This document shows, one piece after another, positions 20,608-29,505 of a stretch of DNA of 64,000 nucleotides. Position numbers and translations under genes: made by a program. The notes beneath the pieces are model-generated. The model was not told where the DNA came from, searched no databases, and saw only the letters and a program-made list of their open reading frames with translations. Each line of letters opens with the position of its first letter. The first letter of the stretch is position 1. This DNA comes from Sulfurimonas sp. (lineage in GTDB: Bacteria; Campylobacterota; Campylobacteria; Campylobacterales; Sulfurimonadaceae), in contig NZ_JALNZY010000001.1 of NCBI RefSeq assembly GCF_023229105.1, positions 1,938-65,937 on the forward strand, read 5' to 3'.

Positions 20608-22097
20608 TGTTAGAATTAATAAAAGAGTTTAAAAAAACTTTTATTGAATCATTTTTAAATCTTATTCCGATTCTGCTTATTATTGCAGGGTTTCAAATCT
20701 TTGTTTTTCAAAGTGTTCCGGATGATTTAGATTCTATAGTTTTTGGCTTTTTTATAGTTATTATCGGGGTAACATTCTTTTTAATGGGGCTTGAGATTGG
20801 AGTGTTCCCGCTTGGAAACAGTCTCTCAAGTGAATTTTTGGAGAAAAAATCTATATTTTGGTTTGCACTATTTGGTTTTGCTTTGGGTTTTAGCGCCTCT
20901 GTCGCTGAACCTGCCATAATAGCCGTTGCTTCTCAGGCACAGACAATCACAAACGGTGTTCTTGATGCTTGGACGCTTAGGCTTATTATTGCGACAAGTG
21001 TCGGAACAATTACCGCTTTTAGCATTATTAGAACTATCTATGGCTGGTCGATTTCAAAGATTATTATCATAGGATATGCGGCAGTTCTGCTTATAACATA
21101 CTTCGCCCCTCGTGAGATTGTAGGGCTCGCCCATGATTCAGGCGTTGTTGCTACTAATGTTGCGACTGTTCCTCTTATTGTAGCCCTTGGCATTGGGATA
21201 GCTTCGGCAATTAAAGAGAGAAGTGTTTTAAGAGACGGTTTTGGATTTGTGGCACTCGCTAGTATTACTCCAATGATCAGTATCCAGCTTTATGGTATAT
21301 TTGTCCTTGATGATGGTTTCTCATCTCAAATCCAATATGTCGTAAATGAGGTAGATGGTAAGACTCATTATATCGGTGGCTTTAGTGTGATAAAGGTTCT
21401 TTTAGATCTCCTTGATACATTTACCAATATCTTGCCTATCATTGTTACTATCGTTCTTTTTCAATACTTTGTGATTAAAAAACCACTACCAAATATCAGT
21501 AGAGTTATATTTGGGTTTATCTTTTTAATTTTTGGACTTTATGGTTTTATTGTTGGAATCAAGCTTGGACTCTTTCCTATAGGAGAATCAATTGCCCAAA
21601 ATTTGGTAATTATGAACAATGTATTTTTTATATATCTTTTTGCATTTTTGATAGGTTTTGGCACAACCATGGCCGAACCTGCTTTGGTGGCGGTTATAAA
21701 ACAGGCAGATAAAATGTCGGAAAAGCAGATGAATGTTAAAATAATTAGGTTATTGGTCGCTATTGGTGTGGGAATGGGAATAGTAGTTGGTGCATATAAG
21801 ATAGTAAATGGAGATGATATTTGGTTATATATTGCATTTTTGTATATGTTTGCAATTTTGCTTGCTCTGTTTGCTCCAAAAGATATTATAGCTTTTGCTT
21901 TTGATTTAGGTGGCGTTACAACTTCAGCGATTACAGTGCCAATAGTTACGGCATTTGGGCTTTACTTAGCGATAAATATAGAAGGAAGAGACCCTCTTAT
22001 GGATGGATTAGGACTTATGGCATTTGCCTCCATATCTCCGATGATAACCGTAATGGGATATAGTATCTTGGTAGAAAAGTTTAAAAATTCTCTTTAA
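20607..22097 (+). CDS. DUF1538 family membrane protein (two fused DUF1538 halves)
   Basis: Repeated G..LGLFP.G, AEPA and DSG/DLGGVTT...VP motifs in both halves; highly hydrophobic. Confidence 0.8.
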   Translation: MLELIKEFKKTFIESFLNLIPILLIIAGFQIFVFQSVPDDLDSIVFGFFIVIIGVTFFLMGLEIGVFPLGNSLSSEFLEKKSIFWFALFGFALGFSASVAEPAIIAVASQAQTITNGVLDAWTLRLIIATSVGTITAFSIIRTIYGWSISKIIIIGYAAVLLITYFAPREIVGLAHDSGVVATNVATVPLIVALGIGIASAIKERSVLRDGFGFVALASITPMISIQLYGIFVLDDGFSSQIQYVVNEVDGKTHYIGGFSVIKVLLDLLDTFTNILPIIVTIVLFQYFVIKKPLPNISRVIFGFIFLIFGLYGFIVGIKLGLFPIGESIAQNLVIMNNVFFIYLFAFLIGFGTTMAEPALVAVIKQADKMSEKQMNVKIIRLLVAIGVGMGIVVGAYKIVNGDDIWLYIAFLYMFAILLALFAPKDIIAFAFDLGGVTTSAITVPIVTAFGLYLAINIEGRDPLMDGLGLMAFASISPMITVMGYSILVEKFKNSL

Positions 22098-22149
22098 TTA
22101 ATATTAAATAGATAAAATTTTGTATAAAAATAAGATGTGAAAGTTTTAG

Positions 22150-24213
22150 ATGGAAAATACTCAAACAATAGATAGCGTTTGCACATACTGCGGTGTCGGC
22201 TGTGATATAGCCGCACATGTAAAAGATAATAAAATTCAAAAAATCTTTGCACACAAAGATGGAGTCGTCTCGCAGGGGAAGCTGTGCGTAAAAGGGAAGT
22301 ACGGATTTGATTTTGTTGACTCAAAAGAGCGTCTTAGGGCTCCTAGAATAAAAAAGAGTTTCTTAGATAAAAATCCTTCCATAAAGGAGGCGGTAGCATC
22401 AGCACTACTTGATTTTGACGATGTTTGGTATGAGAGTGATTTGGACAGTGCTACAACCGCTGCTGCCATGAAGCTTAAAGAGATTCAAAAGATGTACGGA
22501 CGAAAAAGTATAGCTTCTATCGGGGGAGCGAGAACCTCATGTGAGAGTGCCTATCTTTTTCAAAAATTTACCCGTCACACGCTTAACTCCCCGCATGTAG
22601 ATAACTGTGCGAGAGTCTGCCACTCACCGAGCTTAAAAGGGATGCGCACTACCATCGGAGAGGGCGCTGCAACGAACCCTTACAACGACATATATAACTG
22701 CGAATTTATGATAGTTATCGGCTCAAATACGACAGAGGCACATCCTATTATTGCAAATCGTATTGTTGACATGGCGCAAAAACATGACAATCTAGCTGTT
22801 TTTGATGTTAGAGAGATAAAACTCCACCGCTTTGCAAAATATAAGGCAATTGTGCCTTATGAGGCAAATCTTCTTGTGTTAAATATGCTCGCACATGTCA
22901 TTATAAGCGAAGAGCTTTATGATGAGAGTTTTATAGCGGAGCGGACAAAGGGCTTTGCGGAGTTCAAGGAGATGATTTTAAATGATCCTTATGCAGATCC
23001 GAAATATTTTGAGAACATTAAAGGGTATGAGCAGTTAAGCAAGACAATTCCAAAGGTTGCAAGGGAGTATGCGCTTAAGAAATCGATGATTTTTTGGGGA
23101 CTTGGAATCACTGAACATATAGATGGTTCTTATGCGGTTATGGCGATTACGCATCTCGCACTGATGAGTGGAAATATCGGTAAAAGTGGTGCAGGTCTTA
23201 TGCCGCTTCGTGGGCAGAACAATGTTCAAGGCGCTTGTGATATGGGAATGCTTCCATATTATGACCCTGATTATCAAGTGCCAAAAGAGGTTGGCTTGAT
23301 GACTCCGCAGCTTGTGGATGAGATGCTTGAGGGTCGCTTAAAAGCGGTGCTGAATATCGGAGAGGACTTGACGCATATTCATCCAAATGTAAATAAAGTT
23401 GAGGGAGCAATAAGCAACTTAGAGTTTATAATGGTGCAAGAGCTTTTTGTAACGGATATTACGGCAAAAGCGGACATCATCATAGGTGTTAAATCAGCGT
23501 ATGAAAAGACAGGTGTTTACGTAAATGCTATGAGAAGACTGCATCTCTCTCAGCCGCTTGTTGAGTCTGATTTGCCTGATGACTGGGAAGTTTTACAACT
23601 TCTTGATAATAAAATGGGCGGAAGCAGCGCTTATAAAAACTCAAACGAAATTTGGGATGAGGTTCGGGAAGTGGCATACCGCCGCTTTAGCGGGGCATCA
23701 TATATTAGACTTCAAAGGCATAGAAAAAGAGGGCTTCAGTGGCCTGTTCATACCGAAGATACGCCGATTTTGCATCAGCTAGACTTTAGAACGGAGGACG
23801 GTTTAGGCGAATTCCACTATCATCAGTACAAGTTACGAAACATGGTGCAGGAGATAGTTGAGCAAAAAGATAGAAACTACTATCTTACAACCGGAAGAAC
23901 GATAGCCATGTACAACAACGCTGCGCAAACAAAACAAACGCCTAGTTTGGTAGATAGATACGAGGAGGATATTTTGCTTGTAAATAGTGATGACGCGGAT
24001 GATTTTAGAGGGGAACGTGTCATCTTAAAAACAAAAAACGGGCAGACGAAACCGCTAAAGATTAAATTTACGGATAAGGTGGAGCCAAAAACTCTTTTTG
24101 TAACATTTCACTATGCAGACTCTAAAATAAATGCGCTTTTTGGGGATGAGAGTGATGAGCTGATTTTAACGGCTGCTTTTAAATCTCTAAAAGTTGAAGT
24201 AGTAAATCTTTAG
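22150..24213 (+). CDS. molybdopterin oxidoreductase, formate dehydrogenase H (FdhF)-like catalytic subunit, Cys type
   Basis: CTYCGVGC...CVKG [4Fe-4S] motif, DNCARVCHSPS active-site loop, LRGQNNVQG; no signal peptide. Confidence 0.82.
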   Translation: MENTQTIDSVCTYCGVGCDIAAHVKDNKIQKIFAHKDGVVSQGKLCVKGKYGFDFVDSKERLRAPRIKKSFLDKNPSIKEAVASALLDFDDVWYESDLDSATTAAAMKLKEIQKMYGRKSIASIGGARTSCESAYLFQKFTRHTLNSPHVDNCARVCHSPSLKGMRTTIGEGAATNPYNDIYNCEFMIVIGSNTTEAHPIIANRIVDMAQKHDNLAVFDVREIKLHRFAKYKAIVPYEANLLVLNMLAHVIISEELYDESFIAERTKGFAEFKEMILNDPYADPKYFENIKGYEQLSKTIPKVAREYALKKSMIFWGLGITEHIDGSYAVMAITHLALMSGNIGKSGAGLMPLRGQNNVQGACDMGMLPYYDPDYQVPKEVGLMTPQLVDEMLEGRLKAVLNIGEDLTHIHPNVNKVEGAISNLEFIMVQELFVTDITAKADIIIGVKSAYEKTGVYVNAMRRLHLSQPLVESDLPDDWEVLQLLDNKMGGSSAYKNSNEIWDEVREVAYRRFSGASYIRLQRHRKRGLQWPVHTEDTPILHQLDFRTEDGLGEFHYHQYKLRNMVQEIVEQKDRNYYLTTGRTIAMYNNAAQTKQTPSLVDRYEEDILLVNSDDADDFRGERVILKTKNGQTKPLKIKFTDKVEPKTLFVTFHYADSKINALFGDESDELILTAAFKSLKVEVVNL

Positions 24214-24543
24214 ATGAGCAGGGCTAAAGGGAATTTTGCAGAGGATAAAGCTTGCGAATTTCTTATAGATGCTGGATTTAGCGTTGTAGAGAGAAATTTT
24301 TACTCCCGTTTTGGCGAGATAGATATCATCGCTATCAAAGGGAATGTTTTGCACTTTATAGAGGTTAAGAGCGGTCTTGATTATGAGAGTGCGGTTTATA
24401 ATATCACAAAAAGCAAGCTCTCTAAAATCATAAAAACGGCACATGTTTATATGAAAAGGAGCTCTTTAGATGTGGATTTTGTTTTTGATGCTTTGATTGT
24501 TGTGGATGCAAAGATAGAGTTTATAGAGAACATTACGCTCTAA
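24214..24543 (+). CDS. yraN: YraN/UPF0102 family protein
   Basis: KGNFAEDKA..FL, RNFYSRFGEIDIIA, FIEVK. Confidence 0.9.
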   Translation: MSRAKGNFAEDKACEFLIDAGFSVVERNFYSRFGEIDIIAIKGNVLHFIEVKSGLDYESAVYNITKSKLSKIIKTAHVYMKRSSLDVDFVFDALIVVDAKIEFIENITL

Positions 24544-24545
24544 GG

Positions 24546-24935
24546 TTATTTTTTTAAATCTACCTCTTCAAGGAGATTTAAAAATCCATCAACCTCTCTG
24601 CTTCCGTTGTCGGCGTGTATTATCTCGCCCCTATTTGTTAAGAAGTAGTGTCTAGGCACACCTTGGGTTTTAAACCTTTTTGGTATCTGATGCTTGTCTC
24701 TTGAGAGATATAAAAGCACATACTCCTCTTGAAGCCTATCTATAACCTCTTTTTTTGAGAGCGTCAACTCCTTAAATCTATCACACCATCTGCATACATC
24801 AGCACCTATAAAAAGATAGACTCCCTTGTTCTGTTTTTGAGCTTGTTGGAGTGCTTTATCGTAGTCGTTAAGCCAATTAAGTTCAGCACTATAGAGAGTT
24901 GCAAGAAGTGTAAACAGGAGTGCAAAAAGTTTCAT
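24546..24935 (-). CDS. exported thioredoxin-fold protein (Thioredoxin_7/SoxW-like)
   Basis: Signal peptide, W..DYDKALQQA, CRWC, GVP. Confidence 0.8.
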   Translation of the reverse strand: MKLFALLFTLLATLYSAELNWLNDYDKALQQAQKQNKGVYLFIGADVCRWCDRFKELTLSKKEVIDRLQEEYVLLYLSRDKHQIPKRFKTQGVPRHYFLTNRGEIIHADNGSREVDGFLNLLEEVDLKK

Positions 24936-25014
24936 GTTATTTGTAAAGACCTAAGAAATTATTTTTCACTATAATAACACAAGAATAAAAATAAAATAGA
25001 GCAGGAGAGTTTTT

Positions 25015-26430
25015 ATGGTTGCAAATATATTTTTTGGCTCAAAAGAAGTATCAAGAAAAGAGATGACGTATAGAGTGAGTCCATACAGCAAAGAGGTCGT
25101 CTCCTCGGCGGTAATTTGTAGCGCTGATGATGCAAATAAAGCACTGCTTATCGCCAAAGAAGCTTCAAAGGAGGCTAGAAAAACTACAATAGCGCAGAGA
25201 TGCGACTGGCTTTTAGATGTTGCTAAAAAATTAAAAGAAAATAGAGAGGATATAGCAAAAACCATTACCGATGAGGTAGGAAAACCCATCGTTTTTGCCA
25301 GAGTAGAAGTTGATAGATGCATAGAGACCATAACAATTTCTGCCGAGACTATGCGAACTATGCATGGGGAGACGATTAACACTGATGCTATGAGAAGCGG
25401 TAAAAAAACGACAGCCTTTTTTATACGCGAGAGTGCGGGGGTTGTTGTGGCAATTACTCCTTTTAACTTTCCGCTAAATTTAGTGGCGCACAAACTGGCT
25501 CCTGCTTTAGCGGCAGGAAATGCAGTTGTGTTAAAACCGACTCCCGAGGCCCCACTTACCGCCTATAAATTTGCAAAACTATTTATAGAGAGTGAGTATG
25601 CGATAAAAGATGCTCTTAGCGTTGTTTATGGTGATGCTGAGGTAGGTAGTGCGCTTATTACAAGCGAGATACCACGGGTTATAAGCTTTACGGGCAGCGT
25701 TGCTGTCGGTAATATTATTGCAAAGAGTGCCGGAATTAAAAAAATCTCTCTTGAGCTTGGAGGAAATGCCGCGACTTATATTGATGAGAGTGCGGATTTG
25801 GATTTGGCGGCTTCAAGATGTGCTATCGGCGCATTTGTAAACTCTGGGCAGGTCTGCATCTCGCTTCAGCGCATCTATGTCAATGCAAAAATATATGATG
25901 AGTTTGCGCAAAAGATGGCAGAGCAAACAAAAAAACTCGTTGTCGGTTCTCCTTATGAGGAGGATACTTTTATGGGTCCGCTTATTGATGATGAGGCGTG
26001 CAAGAGGGCTATGAGTTGGGTAGAGAGTGCCATAAAAGAGGGAGCAACCGCTATGCTCTCTCCAAAGATAGAGGGGCGGCTTTTTTACCCATGTATTATG
26101 AGCGAGGTTCGAGATGATATGGCGATTGTTTGTGAGGAAGTTTTTGCACCGATAGTCTCTTTGATTAGAGTTGAGAGTTTTGATGATGCGCTTGTGCGTA
26201 TGAACAACTCTCCTTACGGGCTTCAATTTTCAATCTTCACAAATGATTTGAGTCTTACAAAAAGAGCAATCTACGAACTTGACGCAGGAGGAGTGGTAAT
26301 TAACGACATACCGACTCTGCGTTTTGATATTCAACCTTATGGCGGAGTGAAACTTAGTGGTGTGGGACGAGAGGGGCCGCGCTTTGCTATAGAAGAGATG
26401 AGTGAGATAAAAAGTATTGTTATCTGCTGA
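25015..26430 (+). CDS. NAD(P)-dependent aldehyde dehydrogenase family protein
   Basis: ITPFNFP, FTGS, LELGGN, GQVC, EEVFAP, PYGGVKLSG. Confidence 0.95.
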   Translation: MVANIFFGSKEVSRKEMTYRVSPYSKEVVSSAVICSADDANKALLIAKEASKEARKTTIAQRCDWLLDVAKKLKENREDIAKTITDEVGKPIVFARVEVDRCIETITISAETMRTMHGETINTDAMRSGKKTTAFFIRESAGVVVAITPFNFPLNLVAHKLAPALAAGNAVVLKPTPEAPLTAYKFAKLFIESEYAIKDALSVVYGDAEVGSALITSEIPRVISFTGSVAVGNIIAKSAGIKKISLELGGNAATYIDESADLDLAASRCAIGAFVNSGQVCISLQRIYVNAKIYDEFAQKMAEQTKKLVVGSPYEEDTFMGPLIDDEACKRAMSWVESAIKEGATAMLSPKIEGRLFYPCIMSEVRDDMAIVCEEVFAPIVSLIRVESFDDALVRMNNSPYGLQFSIFTNDLSLTKRAIYELDAGGVVINDIPTLRFDIQPYGGVKLSGVGREGPRFAIEEMSEIKSIVIC

Positions 26431-26670
26431 AAATAAGAGAAGTAATGTTACAAAAATACTAAAAGTAAAAATATTCATTTTGTAATATAAAATCTTAAAT
26501 CCGTTAAAAAAGTCTCATTTAATACATTTTAAAATTAAATTTAAAATGCCTAAAATAAGGGATATACAGGAAAAATTAAGTCTGTACAATTATTTAATAG
26601 AAGGTACAAAAACAGTGCAAAAAGATGAAAAAAAAAGATGATAAATTCATATTAAAATTAGAAAAAGTTA

Positions 26671-26679
26671 TGATATAAT
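26671..26679 (+). promoter_or_regulatory. extended -10 promoter of the first cytochrome operon
   Basis: TGATATAAT 45 bp upstream of the ATG at 26724. Confidence 0.6.
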
Positions 26680-26723
26680 CGGACACAGTATAACTAAAAT
26701 AACTAAAACAAGGGAGCTTTTAG

Positions 26724-27074
26724 ATGAAAAAAACAATAGTAGGCTTATCGATTTCAACACTTTTTTTGTGTAATATTTGGGCTCAAGATATAAGTGCCCA
26801 AAGAGGTCAAGTGATATTTGAAACAAAAGGGTGTGTGACATGTCATAAAGATGATATAGATACAATCGGGCCATCATTGTCTACAATTGCCAGAGAGTAT
26901 CTAGGAAAAGAGAGAGAACTTCTCTCTTATCTTAGAGGACAGGCACCGGCTATTATTGATCCTGCGCGTGCACCGGTTATGGATCCGCAACTTGTAAAAA
27001 TCAGGTCGCTTTTTGATCCGGATATGCAAGCGCTTACAATGTACATCATTTCTGCAAACGACAGACCGTTTTAA
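26724..27074 (+). CDS. monoheme class I cytochrome c (c551/c552-like)
   Basis: Signal peptide, CVTCH, IGPSL, distal Met (PVMDPQ). Confidence 0.88.
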   Translation: MKKTIVGLSISTLFLCNIWAQDISAQRGQVIFETKGCVTCHKDDIDTIGPSLSTIAREYLGKERELLSYLRGQAPAIIDPARAPVMDPQLVKIRSLFDPDMQALTMYIISANDRPF

Positions 27075-27102
27075 TAAATAGTGAGGAAAGAGAAAAATAA
27101 AT

Positions 27103-28287
27103 ATGAAATATAGCTGGTTTTTTATATTAAAGATAGTAGTTGTCATGCTATCTGTTAGTGTCTTCGCACAAGGAGCTGTTTTAACAGATGCTGAGAAGTT
27201 TTACGGCACAGAACTCAAAGCATCAAAAAAAGTTCAGCACCCTCCTTTTGAGTGGGGTGACTGTACTGTTTGTCATACGGACGCAAAGGGGGAAGGAGCT
27301 CTTATTATGGATCCTCCTGAGTTATGTGCTATGTGTCATGAAGCAAAAGACACCAAAGCATTTATTCATGGTCCGGTAGCAGCAGGTGCATGTACAGCTT
27401 GCCATAATCCACATGAATCAGATAATGCAAAATTATTAACAGCATCTAGTATAAATGAGCTTTGTGTTTCATGTCATCAAGCTAAAGATGAGTTTATGCG
27501 CAATACCGCAAATATCCACTCGCCAGTAAAAGATCAGTGTATTAATTGCCATGACCCCCATACCGAGGATCATCAGTATCAATTAAAAGCCGATGGTAAA
27601 AAAGATCTCTGTGTTATGTGCCATGTCGATAAAGAAGTTTGGACAAGCACGGTAACAGATAAGCACGGCGCACTTGATAGACCTAGAAAGTGTTTAGAGT
27701 GTCATGATGCGCATGGCTCAGAGGTGCCGATGAATTTGATTAAAAATACTTCAAAAGAGCTCTGTTTGTCATGTCACAGCGAATCATTAACAAGAGATGA
27801 AGACGGTAGTAAGATTCTAAATATAGGAAAACATCTTGAAAATAATCCTGACTGGCATGGTCCTATTCTCTGGGGAGATTGTGCAGCATGTCACAATCCG
27901 CATGGTTCAAATAACTTAAGAATGTTGAACAAGCCGTTCCCTAGAACTTTCTATGATAAGTTTGAAGAGGATAACTATATCTGTTTTCAGTGCCATGAAA
28001 AAGAGAAGATTATGGATGCCAATACAACAACAGCGACAAATTTTAGAAACGGCTCAAACAATATGCACTTTGTACATGTAAACAAAGAAAAAGGTCGCTC
28101 TTGCCGAGCTTGTCATGATTTCCATGGTACAAAAGAGTATCCGCACCACTTAAGAGCAAAGACGAAGTTTGGTAAGATAAACTTCCCTATTCGTTTCATT
28201 GAAACGGAAAACGGCGGTTCATGTGCACCTGCCTGCCACGCTCGCCGTCACTATGACAGAGCAACGCCAAAAGTTAACCTTAAATAA
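27103..28287 (+). CDS. periplasmic dodecaheme cytochrome c (paired-CXXCH type; 11 CXXCH + CX3CH)
   Basis: Signal peptide; repeating H-x-P...CXXCH-xPH...L-CXXCH units; terminal CAPACH. Confidence 0.92.
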   Translation: MKYSWFFILKIVVVMLSVSVFAQGAVLTDAEKFYGTELKASKKVQHPPFEWGDCTVCHTDAKGEGALIMDPPELCAMCHEAKDTKAFIHGPVAAGACTACHNPHESDNAKLLTASSINELCVSCHQAKDEFMRNTANIHSPVKDQCINCHDPHTEDHQYQLKADGKKDLCVMCHVDKEVWTSTVTDKHGALDRPRKCLECHDAHGSEVPMNLIKNTSKELCLSCHSESLTRDEDGSKILNIGKHLENNPDWHGPILWGDCAACHNPHGSNNLRMLNKPFPRTFYDKFEEDNYICFQCHEKEKIMDANTTTATNFRNGSNNMHFVHVNKEKGRSCRACHDFHGTKEYPHHLRAKTKFGKINFPIRFIETENGGSCAPACHARRHYDRATPKVNLK

Positions 28288-28288
28288 A

Positions 28289-29314
28289 ATGAGTTTTAAA
28301 TTTATATACTTATTTCTCTTGTTATTTACCACAATAAGTGGTAATGCGCAAGAGATATCTTCCTTAATACTTCAGCCTCAAGATAAAACACGTTATATTG
28401 GAGAGAGCAGCACTTTTGTAATAAATGCTACGCTTAAAGAGGCAGACTATATAGTTATAGAGCAAAGTGATATAACTACGACATTAGAAATAAAACCGCA
28501 AAAAGATACATACTGTAAAACAATTAACCTCAATCCGGGAGAAAACACTGTTTTTGTTACTCTTTACAAGGATGCAAAACCTATAGGTAAAAGTAGTAGA
28601 GTGCTCTATTTTCTTTCAGAACTTTTTGAGGGAGTTGATGAATATGAGCTTGATGAGTACAAGATAAGATTTTTTCATCAGGATGCCAAAGAGAAGAAGT
28701 GTGCCTCATGTCACAATATGACATCAAATATTCCAACGAATAATGAAGCTCTTGAAGATGTGACAAAAACCACATGTTATGAGTGTCACAACAGCATGAT
28801 AAGTACAAAAAACACACATGCTCCAGCTGCCAACTGGCTTTGCATCAATTGCCATAATGGAAAATTTGGCGAGTATAATATGCAAGATAAAGGCGCTTCA
28901 AAATACTTAGTAGCAGATCCAGTGGCAAAAACTTGTGCAGAGTGTCACGAGGATGTTAAAGAGTGGGAAGAGAGTAAATTTGGACATGGTCCTGTGAATG
29001 ATGGAAGATGTGAGAGGTGTCATAACCCACACGGCTCAGACAACGAGTTTTTTCTAAGAAAATCAATCTGGGAGTTGTGCACTACATGTCATGCTGAAAA
29101 ATCAAATGGACAACATGTTACATCAGCTATAGGTTTTGGTGCACCGAATAAAAGTGGAGGACATCCAACAAGAGATAGAGAAGACCCTGCACGTCCCGGA
29201 AGAGAACTTACTTGTAGCGGATGCCATAACCCGCACGGTTCCGGCGGAATATCTCTGTTAAGAATGAAGGGAACTATGCCTTATGGCGTATGTCAAAGAT
29301 GCCACAAGAAGTAA
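28289..29314 (+). CDS. octaheme cytochrome c with N-terminal non-heme beta-sandwich-like domain
   Basis: Start moved to MSFKFIY at 28289; signal peptide; ~130-aa heme-free region, then 8 CXXCH. Confidence 0.9.
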   Translation: MSFKFIYLFLLLFTTISGNAQEISSLILQPQDKTRYIGESSTFVINATLKEADYIVIEQSDITTTLEIKPQKDTYCKTINLNPGENTVFVTLYKDAKPIGKSSRVLYFLSELFEGVDEYELDEYKIRFFHQDAKEKKCASCHNMTSNIPTNNEALEDVTKTTCYECHNSMISTKNTHAPAANWLCINCHNGKFGEYNMQDKGASKYLVADPVAKTCAECHEDVKEWEESKFGHGPVNDGRCERCHNPHGSDNEFFLRKSIWELCTTCHAEKSNGQHVTSAIGFGAPNKSGGHPTRDREDPARPGRELTCSGCHNPHGSGGISLLRMKGTMPYGVCQRCHKK

Positions 29315-29330
29315 ACAAACAGTTATTCTT

Positions 29331-29347
29331 ATCACAAAAATATCACA
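29331..29347 (+). promoter_or_regulatory. ATCACA-N5-ATCACA direct repeat, candidate regulator site
   Basis: ATCACAAAAATATCACA; a near-identical copy (16/17) lies at 44265-44281. Confidence 0.5.
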
Positions 29348-29386
29348 ATATTACAATTTATCTATATTTTTGTTACAAAAAGTGAC

Positions 29387-29400
29387 TTGATATAAGTCAA
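29387..29400. promoter_or_regulatory. Crp/Fnr-family box (TTGA-N6-TCAA)
   Basis: TTGATATAAGTCAA: 9/10 match to the FNR consensus TTGAT-N4-ATCAA; upstream of the OmcE-like gene. Confidence 0.55.
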
Positions 29401-29505
29401 AGTGATTTTTTTCTCTCTTTTAATCATGTTTAATTTAGATTTAGTTATACTTGTACTAGAAAATAGTATTACAAAAAATTATATACTATTAGGGAAGGAG
29501 ACAAA

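Noticed and set aside
22600-22630. Selenocysteine in the FdhF-like enzyme
   Set aside because: The active-site codon is TGC (Cys), and the ORF is uninterrupted.
26431-26723. Attachment site, prophage or IS remnant at the cluster boundary
   Set aside because: No direct repeat matching the right boundary, no tRNA and no transposase-like ORF were found.
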